25,548 nucleotides of DNA from Candidatus Hydrothermarchaeales archaeon (GTDB lineage Archaea > Hydrothermarchaeota > Hydrothermarchaeia > Hydrothermarchaeales > JAZGAD01), in the NCBI GenBank assembly GCA_036444275.1, contig JAZGAD010000039.1, forward strand, positions 1-25,548, written 5' to 3'. Under the pieces are notes generated by a model that had not been told where the DNA came from, ran no database searches, and saw only the letters and a program-made list of their open reading frames with translations. This document shows positions 1-7,430 of the stretch, one piece after another. Numbering within the stretch: position 1 is the stretch's first letter; the number at the start of each line of letters is the position of its first letter. A program made the position numbers and the translations under genes.

Positions 1-17
1 CAGTCATAAATCATTCT

Positions 18-791
18 ATGCTCGTCTTCGTGGGCTTAGGGCTGAATGACGAGAGGGACCTCACCCTGAAGGGCTTGGAGGAAGCCCGCTCCTGCGATCT
101 ATTATTCGCAGAGTTCTATACCAGTGCCCTCTCTATTACTTCTGAAGAGATAGCTAGGCTTGTGGGAAAGGAGATTATAGTTCTTGATAGGAGCGAAATA
201 GAAGAGAAGGAGGATATGATACTGGAACCAGCGACAAAAAAGAAGGTATGCCTCCTAGTACCTGGCGATCCACTTATATCCACGACTCATATATCTCTGC
301 GAATTGAAGCTAAAAAACGAGGCATAGAGACTAGGGTGGTGCACAATGCCTCCATATCTTCGGCCGCCCCATCGGTCTCAGGCCTGCAGAATTACAAGTT
401 CGGCAAATCAGCAAGCATAGCTATGCCCGAAAAAGGCTTTTCCCCTGAAACGCCGTACGATGTCGTGAAAGAGAATAAAGCACGGGGACTGCACACCCTC
501 TTATTCCTGGACATAAAGGTTGATGGCGAAAAGAGGAGATTGTTGACAGCTGGGCAGGCGATGAAAATACTTTTGGATACCGAGGCAAAGCGAGGTGAAG
601 GCGTCTTTACAGCTGAGACTCTGTGCATCGTCCTGGGAAAGGTGGGCTCAGAAAATTGCGTTGTGAAGGCAGGGAATGTTAAAGATTTATTGACACAGAC
701 TTTTGGAGCGCCGCCTCACACATTGATAGTGCCTGGGAGACTCCACTTTATGGAGGAAGAATACTTGAGGGAATTCGGAGGGTTGAAATGA
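18..791 (+). CDS. dph5: Diphthine synthase (diphthamide biosynthesis methyltransferase)
   Basis: N-terminal LVFVGLGL..RDLTLKG, AEFYTS, PGDPLISTTH, GLQNYKFGKSASI and GLHTLLFLDI motifs typical of Dph5. Confidence 0.95.
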   Translation: MLVFVGLGLNDERDLTLKGLEEARSCDLLFAEFYTSALSITSEEIARLVGKEIIVLDRSEIEEKEDMILEPATKKKVCLLVPGDPLISTTHISLRIEAKKRGIETRVVHNASISSAAPSVSGLQNYKFGKSASIAMPEKGFSPETPYDVVKENKARGLHTLLFLDIKVDGEKRRLLTAGQAMKILLDTEAKRGEGVFTAETLCIVLGKVGSENCVVKAGNVKDLLTQTFGAPPHTLIVPGRLHFMEEEYLREFGGLK

Positions 792-1363
792 GGCTGCATT
801 CAGATAAAAAGGGGCTTCGTGCTCTTGGTATTGCTGAGAGCTTTCAGAAAGGTGTGAGCGAGAAGTCGATGCTTGCAGGCGTTGTTATGCGTGGTGACCT
901 GCAGATAGACGGTTTTGAGTTGACGTTTATAACAGTAGGCGGTCTAGATGCTACAGAGGGCGTGCTACGGTTATACAACAGTCTAGGGAGGCGGGACATT
1001 AACCTCCTGCTATTGAACGGCTGTGTGATAAGCTGGTACAACATCATAGACCTAGAAGAAGTCTTCAAGGCACTAGAGATACCCATGATATGCGTTACCT
1101 ACGAGGAGAGCGAGGGCCTGGAGAAGTATTTTAAGGAATTCGAGGATTCAGAGAAACGCCTAGAGATATACAGGAGGGTGGGGGAGCGCACTCCTGTTAA
1201 GCTTCACACAGGCCACGAGGTCCTAGTGCGTTCATACGGCATAGACGATGAAAAAGAGGTAAAGAGGGTCTTGGACAAGTTTACTCTGCAGGGCGCTGTG
1301 CCGGAACCCTTGAAGGTGGCTAGGCTCCTGGCAAGAGCAGCTATAAAGAAAGAATTGGCATAA
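788..1363 (+). CDS. DUF99 family protein (endonuclease V-like fold)
   Basis: LGIAESF, GVVMRGDLQIDG, GLDAT, GCVISWYNIID and VPEPLKVARLLA motifs. ATGA overlap with dph5. Confidence 0.88.
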   Translation: MRLHSDKKGLRALGIAESFQKGVSEKSMLAGVVMRGDLQIDGFELTFITVGGLDATEGVLRLYNSLGRRDINLLLLNGCVISWYNIIDLEEVFKALEIPMICVTYEESEGLEKYFKEFEDSEKRLEIYRRVGERTPVKLHTGHEVLVRSYGIDDEKEVKRVLDKFTLQGAVPEPLKVARLLARAAIKKELA

Positions 1364-1371
1364 CTTTTTTC

Positions 1372-1391
1372 GAATGCCCAGCATACTATTT
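1372..1391 (+). repeat. Left inverted repeat GAATGCCCAGCATACTATTT
   Basis: Exact reverse complement of 6771-6790 (AAATAGTATGCTGGGCATTC). Confidence 0.92.
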
Positions 1392-1413
1392 GCCCCGTTT
1401 TACTTTCTTCTGA

Positions 1414-1437
1414 GTTGCCGTTCATCTTCTGTCTTAT
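1414..1437 (+). repeat. Direct repeat copy 1 (GTTGCCGTTCATCTT..GTCTTAT)
   Basis: 14/15 identity with 6293-6307 (GTTGCCATTCATCTT). The match extends through G(T/A)CTTAT with a 2-nt gap. Confidence 0.6.
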
Positions 1438-1503
1438 CATCGACCTAGATTGTGATCAAGCGCTAGACTCTGCAATCCAAAAATCTGGGCAGTATACAAA
1501 CCA

Positions 1504-1559
1504 CCAAAAAACTTATTTTTGGCAAGTTAAACTTTACATTTGCTAAAAACTTATTTTAG
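1504..1559 (-). terminator. Two palindromic oligo-T sites with identical ACTTA spacer, probably terminating the island operon
   Basis: CCAAAAA-ACTTA-TTTTTGG (1504-1522) and CTAAAA-ACTTA-TTTTAG (1543-1559) directly downstream of the McrC-like stop codon. Confidence 0.45.
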
Positions 1560-1561
1560 AC

Positions 1562-3274
1562 CTATTTTTCAGAATGTTTTTCCAGTATTCTGACCAAAAA
1601 TTCATCTAAAGTTTTCAGGTCCTCATGATTAAGAGGTTTTAAAGGAATAGCCCCAACGCCATCAAATCCTTCTATTGAATCTACCGATGTTCTTTCACTG
1701 TCTCCGTTGTCTTTTTTCTCATAAAATCTGAAATTCTCAGTGTCCCCGGGATAGAGTAGACAAACAGAAATAGCTTGGTTTATGGCATCTTTATACGTAT
1801 GCATCTTATAGATGTCGCCTCGTTTAAAAGTAGAGCTAGTTTTTTCTTCGGTCTCAATCTCATCGTTTACTTTTTCCGGGAAGTCAACTTTATCGATTTT
1901 GAACTTAGCATCGAAGATGTATTTCTTTCCTTCTAGTTCTAAAGAAATATCCGGTCTTAATGGTAGAGAATAAGATTTTTTACAATCTTTTCCGAAGTAT
2001 GTTTTATTGTAGTAAAGTTCAATTTTTGGGAATTTTTTACTCTTATCCCAAACAATCTTATTGTAATATCGAAGCTCAACTCTTTTTTCTGTTGTCCTAT
2101 CTATACGAGCCTTTTTTGGTGGTCCTAATATTTTTCTAAGTATTTCTACCATTTTAAAATAAGTCCAGTATTCATAGAGGGTTGCAATGTCCTTAGAATC
2201 AATTATTGATCTCAGATCATCCTCGTTTATAGGATAATTTGTGGCTAGGTTAAGTCTTGAAAAGTGCATTAAGATCTCTCTGTATCCCTCTTTTCGTTGC
2301 AATACAGATGAGCTTGAGGGAATAAAAGTAAGGTCACCTATCTCTTGAAAAAAGTTATTACTAAGCAGGGTTTTGATTTGTCCCAACATCAAATGGCAAT
2401 CATATTCAATCTCGGCATCAAGAAGTTCTGTTTCATTCTTCAATAGTTCCTGAAACCTCTTTATAACATCCTGGCAAGCATTAAGAAAATATTTTACGAA
2501 TCTGTTTTCAGGCGTATCATAGTCTTTAATGGTCTCTTCGACAAAGATTCTCTCAGGAAAGAAATATTCTTTCTTTGCGCTTATATCTCTGATCTTTTGA
2601 GCTAAGGATGTAACGGCTAAACTTGATTCAGGTTCTATCTTTACTAAGTTTTCAGGATTAGTGAATATCTTCTCTATAGTTGTAACATTAATGTTTGAGG
2701 CTTTCGAAACATCTTTTAATTCAATTTTTTTCTCTCTTTTAAAATGAGGGCTATAGAGAATTTTATTTACCTGTCCTTTAAGACGATCAAAATTTTTTAC
2801 TTGTAGCATTATATATCGAAGATATACAAAATTATGGTAAAGTACCTCTATGGGCCAATATTCTGTTCTATCAAATGGCAAAAAAGTAGGTGAATTATAA
2901 TCATAAGGCAGTGCTTTTATTATGGTTGATATTTCTTCTAATAATTCTTTAAATTCATCAGCACTAATTTTTTTGTTTTCTATATCTAGTTCTACTCCGT
3001 AGAATTTGGATGTTCCTACAAAGTTTTTATAATTTAATATCCCCGCTTTTTTCTCTCGCCCGAACCACTTGAAAACCTGTTTACTAAACTTAAACTCGTC
3101 TCCCGGGTCTTCTTGGAATTCTACATGATATTCTGACTGTTCATGCAAGCAAAGCTTATTGTCCTTGCAATCTAATTTATAATCGTCTTTTCCTTTTGAG
3201 ATATAAACTATATTATCATTAACTTCGACTTTAGCTTTATTATCTTCTAGTTTAATTTCCACTTCGGTCATCAT
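1562..3274 (-). CDS. McrC-like nuclease (DUF2357 + PD-(D/E)xK domain)
   Basis: YDTPENRFVKYFL and LYEYW (DUF2357), RPDISL...FDAKFK nuclease motif, and DIYKMHTYKDAI. ATGA overlap with the upstream McrB-like gene. Confidence 0.88.
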   Translation of the reverse strand: MMTEVEIKLEDNKAKVEVNDNIVYISKGKDDYKLDCKDNKLCLHEQSEYHVEFQEDPGDEFKFSKQVFKWFGREKKAGILNYKNFVGTSKFYGVELDIENKKISADEFKELLEEISTIIKALPYDYNSPTFLPFDRTEYWPIEVLYHNFVYLRYIMLQVKNFDRLKGQVNKILYSPHFKREKKIELKDVSKASNINVTTIEKIFTNPENLVKIEPESSLAVTSLAQKIRDISAKKEYFFPERIFVEETIKDYDTPENRFVKYFLNACQDVIKRFQELLKNETELLDAEIEYDCHLMLGQIKTLLSNNFFQEIGDLTFIPSSSSVLQRKEGYREILMHFSRLNLATNYPINEDDLRSIIDSKDIATLYEYWTYFKMVEILRKILGPPKKARIDRTTEKRVELRYYNKIVWDKSKKFPKIELYYNKTYFGKDCKKSYSLPLRPDISLELEGKKYIFDAKFKIDKVDFPEKVNDEIETEEKTSSTFKRGDIYKMHTYKDAINQAISVCLLYPGDTENFRFYEKKDNGDSERTSVDSIEGFDGVGAIPLKPLNHEDLKTLDEFLVRILEKHSEK

Positions 3275-5031
3275 TCTATGAAACTTACAAATCCTTGATC
3301 TTTTAGCTTATTCAACATCCGATAAATCTTAATAGCGGATCTAGGATAAAGAGCCTCCTTTGCTACTTCCCGCGGAGCAGAATTCTCAGAATCTCCCCCC
3401 TCCTCTGTATTTTTTTCATCTTTTAATTCGAAAGAAGGTGTATTATCCTCAAGTTCTATAGAGTTCCATAGGGTGTCTGGTAAAATACCTTTTAGAACAT
3501 CGCCTTTAGAACTTCTATGCCCATCGAGACAGTATCTCAGCAGCCTGCTTAGTGGCATTTCTAGTTTATGTTTACTCCCATGAAACTTAGGTAGAACCTT
3601 TTGTAAAATCTGCAAATCAAAAGCTATATCCAAATTCTTTTTCTCATCTTCACTAAATCTATAACTTAGTGAAGTATCGGAATTGTGAATGTAAAATAGA
3701 ATCTCGTTTACAACCCTGTAACCAAAATGTAAGTTGTAGTCTCTTAAAATCTCATTTATATCTACTAATCTAGCGTAATAGTTTTGATAATTATTAATTA
3801 GATCATTCTTAACAAAAGTTAAATCCAATAACTTAAGGTGATAGGATCCTCCGTTGGTAAATTCGGATATCTCTGAATCTGATGCTGTAAATGAATCCTC
3901 ACCATTTTTAGAACTATCTCTATAGGCTTTTAGGTTTACCGCGTTAAACTCGATGGTGTTTGCCCTATCTAAGACTTTAGGGCTAAACATATAGGTGGTT
4001 TCATCAATATTCACGGTCCCTGTAAAATAGAGGTTTGGGGGAATTTCAATCTTAGGTGGAATTACATATTCGATACCGTCATCTCCTTTTACAACAAGGT
4101 CTCTGTTTTTATTATGCAATACCACCGGTTCCTGTTGGATCTCGCCATCGTCCCCAATTTTCCTACTTTCTAGACAGCTCAAGAAGTCTGAGAAGTAATA
4201 TTCAACTTTTGCAAGATTCATTTCATCAAGGATCACAAAATAAGGTTTTGATGCTTCTTTCTTTTCTTGATATTCCCTGTAAGCTCGCAACATTAGCTTT
4301 AGGAATTCCGTGGGTTCATATTTTTCGGTTAAAAGATTATAAAATCCGAGTAAACCTTTATTATCTGACCATTCTGGCCGCACAGAAATAAAGGCATATC
4401 TTTTTTCTTTCCTTTTAATTTTCTTTCTAAGTAACTTCTCAAATCTCAGTTTTGGAACCTTGTCTTTGTCTCCGTGTATTTTTTCAATATGTAGTGTATC
4501 TTCATCCACCTTTAGGTTGGTAATCCATTTTTTCAATTCCCCTTTAAATCCAACTTGATCAATGGAGCCCTTATCTTTTCCTCTTATAAGATACTGTAAC
4601 GTGCATTTTTGTGACTTACCATCGAAGAGGATTTCAATTTTCTTTTGTGTTTTCAACTCAGGCATATCAAACCAATTTCCTATCTTAACCGGAACAGTCC
4701 AACTATCTTTAGAAGTTTTTTTGACCTCCCAGTAAAAATTTGTCTCATCATTTTCCGGGAATGATTCAATAAAAGGAATCCCCTCTTCTTCAGAATACAT
4801 ATATTCTGCAAAAAATTGTGCAATTTTTGTTTTGCCTGTTCCGGAGATTCCTGTCAATATTACAAATGGTTTGGTTTTAAGTGCTAAGTAATAGTTGTTC
4901 ACGACTTCTTCGAGGAAGTAAAAATTCTTTGAACATATGAAATTATAAAATCCATTATCCTGTTCTTTGATTATAGGTACATACCATTCCTCCCCATCCT
5001 TGTCTGTTTCAATTTTGTATTCAGGTAGCAT
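3271..5031 (-). CDS. McrB-like AAA+ GTPase of the DUF2357-partner class, with internal insertion
   Basis: KPFVILTGISGTGKT (Walker A), SVRPEWSD..GLLGFYN, VILDEMNLAKVEYYFSDFLS (Walker B), GTVNIDETT..FSPKVLDRAN, FGYRV and QKVLPKFHG. Confidence 0.92.
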   Translation of the reverse strand: MLPEYKIETDKDGEEWYVPIIKEQDNGFYNFICSKNFYFLEEVVNNYYLALKTKPFVILTGISGTGKTKIAQFFAEYMYSEEEGIPFIESFPENDETNFYWEVKKTSKDSWTVPVKIGNWFDMPELKTQKKIEILFDGKSQKCTLQYLIRGKDKGSIDQVGFKGELKKWITNLKVDEDTLHIEKIHGDKDKVPKLRFEKLLRKKIKRKEKRYAFISVRPEWSDNKGLLGFYNLLTEKYEPTEFLKLMLRAYREYQEKKEASKPYFVILDEMNLAKVEYYFSDFLSCLESRKIGDDGEIQQEPVVLHNKNRDLVVKGDDGIEYVIPPKIEIPPNLYFTGTVNIDETTYMFSPKVLDRANTIEFNAVNLKAYRDSSKNGEDSFTASDSEISEFTNGGSYHLKLLDLTFVKNDLINNYQNYYARLVDINEILRDYNLHFGYRVVNEILFYIHNSDTSLSYRFSEDEKKNLDIAFDLQILQKVLPKFHGSKHKLEMPLSRLLRYCLDGHRSSKGDVLKGILPDTLWNSIELEDNTPSFELKDEKNTEEGGDSENSAPREVAKEALYPRSAIKIYRMLNKLKDQGFVSFIE

Positions 5032-5032
5032 T

Positions 5033-5236
5033 TTAGCCCTCCTCCAAATTTGGTATTTCTATATCTCTCCTGACATATGCTTTAACAATTGCTACTGCCA
5101 AGAACTTTCTAAGAAAATCTTCGGCAAATTCACCCTTCCTTATATCAAAAACGCCTAAATGCACCTTATCTTTTGATATTTCAATCTCACTTGTTTTCAA
5201 GATGTTTCTTGCCTGGAATATCCAAACATTTTCCAT
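5033..5236 (-). CDS. 67-aa hypothetical protein in the defence operon (N-terminus resembles the first EVE strand, WIFQA)
   Basis: ATG preceded by a GAGGGA RBS. The ORF fills the gap between its neighbours and its stop lies 1 nt before the McrB ATG. Confidence 0.6.
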   Translation of the reverse strand: MENVWIFQARNILKTSEIEISKDKVHLGVFDIRKGEFAEDFLRKFLAVAIVKAYVRRDIEIPNLEEG

Positions 5237-5248
5237 TGTTCCCTCACA

Positions 5249-6250
5249 TCATCCTATAGGTATAGCATTGTTTCTAATAACTTTTTTTGCCTCTTCTTCC
5301 CAACCATCAGGTAAAGTACCTCCCTGATTTGCGACTAAATCGGACATCTTTTCTAGGATAGTTGATATTTTAAGCTTATTATTGGAACCTAATTCTTCAA
5401 GTGCTTGAGAAAATAACTTGTAGTATAGATCGATGTCTCCTCCTTTTGAGATATAATCTCCTTTTATTAAATTTGGATAGACATACCCGTTTTCTATTCG
5501 AAATTTTTTGGTTTTTGGAGTAAGATAACCTTTGACATCACTGAAAACCAGGGAGTATTCTCCATCTCCACCAATTTTAACATTAGGGATTATATCCGGA
5601 GAATTATCTTTTTCCAGTGGAATCTCTTCAAATTCCCTCTTTTCTCCCCCCTCAATTTCGAATTCAATGGAGGTTATATTGTCGTTAGAATCGAATATTT
5701 TATATGAACAGTCGATATTTACATGAACTTTAAGGTCTGTTATGGGCGTCTTTTTTGCAAAATTGTAAATGAGTTCCCAGTCCTCTGGTTCTAACTTATG
5801 CACGGTCCCCGGTTTGTAAATGGCCTCCCTTTTAAGCTTATCTTTAATATCCCGTATGCTAATTCTTGAAGTCGAACTAACCAGCCAGTCAACAGGTTTG
5901 GTATGTTGGTACTGTATATCGCCGCGATCCTCATATTTGTATCCACCTGTTACCCTGCCCACACCGAATATAGATAAACCACCTGCATAGGCAATCACAC
6001 CATCTCCTTCTTTTATCTCCAAAAAATCATTGATATGTCTGGCAGATTGCCCAAGCTGGCCTTTATTTCCTTCACCCCCTGCTTCTGTTATCCTCCTTTT
6101 TATCTCATCTTTTGTTGGATTATCAGATAAATCTCCGATATAAGACCATCCTATGGCCACCCAGCCATTTGAAATGAATTCATCCCAGTACTCCTCTTCA
6201 TTACCCTTTTCGCCAGCCTTCACACTCCAATAATTTGGTTCTTCCGGCAT
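5249..6250 (-). CDS. Stand-alone putative modified-base reader: EVE/PUA-like N-terminal domain, PEGA/Ig-like middle domain, helical C-terminus
   Basis: YWSVKAG..WDEF...GWVAIGW...IKEGDGVIA...GVGRVTGGYKY...HTKPVDW matches N-terminal domains seen on McrB/Mrr proteins. GEYSLVFSDVKGYLTP resembles PEGA-like repeats. GGAGGTGA RBS. Confidence 0.7.
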   Translation of the reverse strand: MPEEPNYWSVKAGEKGNEEEYWDEFISNGWVAIGWSYIGDLSDNPTKDEIKRRITEAGGEGNKGQLGQSARHINDFLEIKEGDGVIAYAGGLSIFGVGRVTGGYKYEDRGDIQYQHTKPVDWLVSSTSRISIRDIKDKLKREAIYKPGTVHKLEPEDWELIYNFAKKTPITDLKVHVNIDCSYKIFDSNDNITSIEFEIEGGEKREFEEIPLEKDNSPDIIPNVKIGGDGEYSLVFSDVKGYLTPKTKKFRIENGYVYPNLIKGDYISKGGDIDLYYKLFSQALEELGSNNKLKISTILEKMSDLVANQGGTLPDGWEEEAKKVIRNNAIPIG

Positions 6251-6292
6251 AGCTAGAACCTCACCTCCTCAATCATTGAATTCAAATGTTTT

Positions 6293-6314
6293 GTTGCCAT
6301 TCATCTTGACTTAT
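6293..6314 (+). repeat. Direct repeat copy 2 (GTTGCCATTCATCTTGACTTAT)
   Basis: Matches 1414-1437. Lies between the NUDIX gene and the reader gene. Confidence 0.6.
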
Positions 6315-6329
6315 ATAGTTCCTGAGCCT

Positions 6330-6713
6330 CTAACCTTCCTTTATTTTCTCAACAATAGCTATATCTGCCTCCACAAAATCATATTTTTCAAATTCTTTCA
6401 GCAAGATCCATTTTATTTCTTCGTGCTCGTTTAATTTAAACTCTCCCGAAAGATGCTTTACCTTATAGGCCAATAATTCAATTAACCCATGGCTATATTC
6501 ATGTTTGCTGGAGCCTACAAAATCGTTAACTCCTGTCTTAATACCGAATTCCTCTAAAAGCTCTCTTTCAAGGCATTGTTTTGGGGTTTCACCCTCCTCT
6601 AACTTGCCCCCTGGAAACTCCCACTTACCCTCTAACTGTCCTCCTTTCTTTCTTCTAGAAACCAATATTTTACCATTCTTTTCAATCACAACAGCAGTTA
6701 CTTTTACACATAT
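6330..6713 (-). CDS. MutT/NudG-like NUDIX (d)NTP pyrophosphohydrolase; start uncertain (ATA 6713 or GTG 6689)
   Basis: WEFPGGKLEEGETPKQCLERELLEEFGI Nudix box. The in-frame upstream sequence VKVTAVV supplies the conserved first strand. Confidence 0.88.
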   Translation of the reverse strand: MCVKVTAVVIEKNGKILVSRRKKGGQLEGKWEFPGGKLEEGETPKQCLERELLEEFGIKTGVNDFVGSSKHEYSHGLIELLAYKVKHLSGEFKLNEHEEIKWILLKEFEKYDFVEADIAIVEKIKEG

Positions 6714-6770
6714 CTTTTAACGCTTTAATGATGATAATTTAAATTTTAAATCTCTTCTCAACTTCAGGCA

Positions 6771-6790
6771 AAATAGTATGCTGGGCATTC
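6771..6790 (-). repeat. Right inverted repeat
   Basis: Reverse complement identical to 1372-1391. Confidence 0.92.
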
Positions 6791-6827
6791 AAAAACTTTA
6801 TTTTACTTTTGATTTAATTGAAGTACT

Positions 6828-7430
6828 ATGTCCTCTGAAGACCAGATCCTAAAGGCCATCTGGAAGCTCAACTTCGAGAAGGGCGCTGCTACAGAAGAAG
6901 ACTTGGGAGAATTCAAAGAGGATCTACCTCAGTTATTGCGGGAGGGGTTGGTTGAGAGAATCGATAGTGGGTATTGTCTGAGTAAAAGCGGCAGAAAGAA
7001 GATTAAAGTCGTGGCCTGCGGCGGTGTATTTGACATCCTGCATCCAGGGCATGGCTTCATCCTTGAAAAGGCTAAAGAGTTGGGCAATCTCTTAGTCGTA
7101 GTCGTCGCTAGGGATTCGACTGTTATGAAGAGGAAGCGCATCCCAATTGTGCCAGAGAAGCAGAGGCTTGAGATGGTGCGATACCTGAAGCCGGTTGACG
7201 TTGCTTCTCTGGGTGAAGAGAGTGACTACCTGAAGATAATGGAGAGGATCGCTCCGGATGTTATAGTCCTAGGCCCAGATCAGCACCATAACGAAGAGCT
7301 TATCAGGAAGGAATTGGAAAAGCGGGGCTTAAAGGTAGAGGTTGTGCGCATAGAAGAGTATAAAGAGGCCCCTCTGCACAGCACTGGAGATATCCTAAAG
7401 AAGATAATGGAGCAGGGCTATCCCAAATAG
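6828..7430 (+). CDS. ribL: Archaeal FAD synthetase (cytidylyltransferase family) with N-terminal winged-helix-like extension
   Basis: GGVFDILHPGH, VVVARDSTV, EKQRLEMV..LKPVD and PDVIVLGPDQ. Adjacent to ribH. Confidence 0.82.
   Translation: MSSEDQILKAIWKLNFEKGAATEEDLGEFKEDLPQLLREGLVERIDSGYCLSKSGRKKIKVVACGGVFDILHPGHGFILEKAKELGNLLVVVVARDSTVMKRKRIPIVPEKQRLEMVRYLKPVDVASLGEESDYLKIMERIAPDVIVLGPDQHHNEELIRKELEKRGLKVEVVRIEEYKEAPLHSTGDILKKIMEQGYPK

Larger units (their letters stand above)
1368..6794. mobile_element. Inverted-repeat-bounded, AT-rich defence island with no mobility gene (putative non-autonomous element)
   Basis: Terminal inverted repeat at 1372-1391 and 6771-6790. All cargo lies on the minus strand between plus-strand housekeeping genes. 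Spot counts show lower GC than the flank (16/60 GC at 2701-2760 vs 31/60 at 961-1020). Confidence 0.65.

Noticed and set aside
1204-1440. 78-aa minus-strand ORF crossing the left inverted repeat
   Set aside because: It is mostly antisense to DUF99 and has no recognisable family. The IVCWAF similarity to the right end simply reflects the DNA repeat.
5237-5251. Possible TGA readthrough or selenocysteine joining the 333-aa and 67-aa ORFs
   Set aside because: The downstream ORF has its own RBS and ATG. There is no redox motif context and no evident SECIS.
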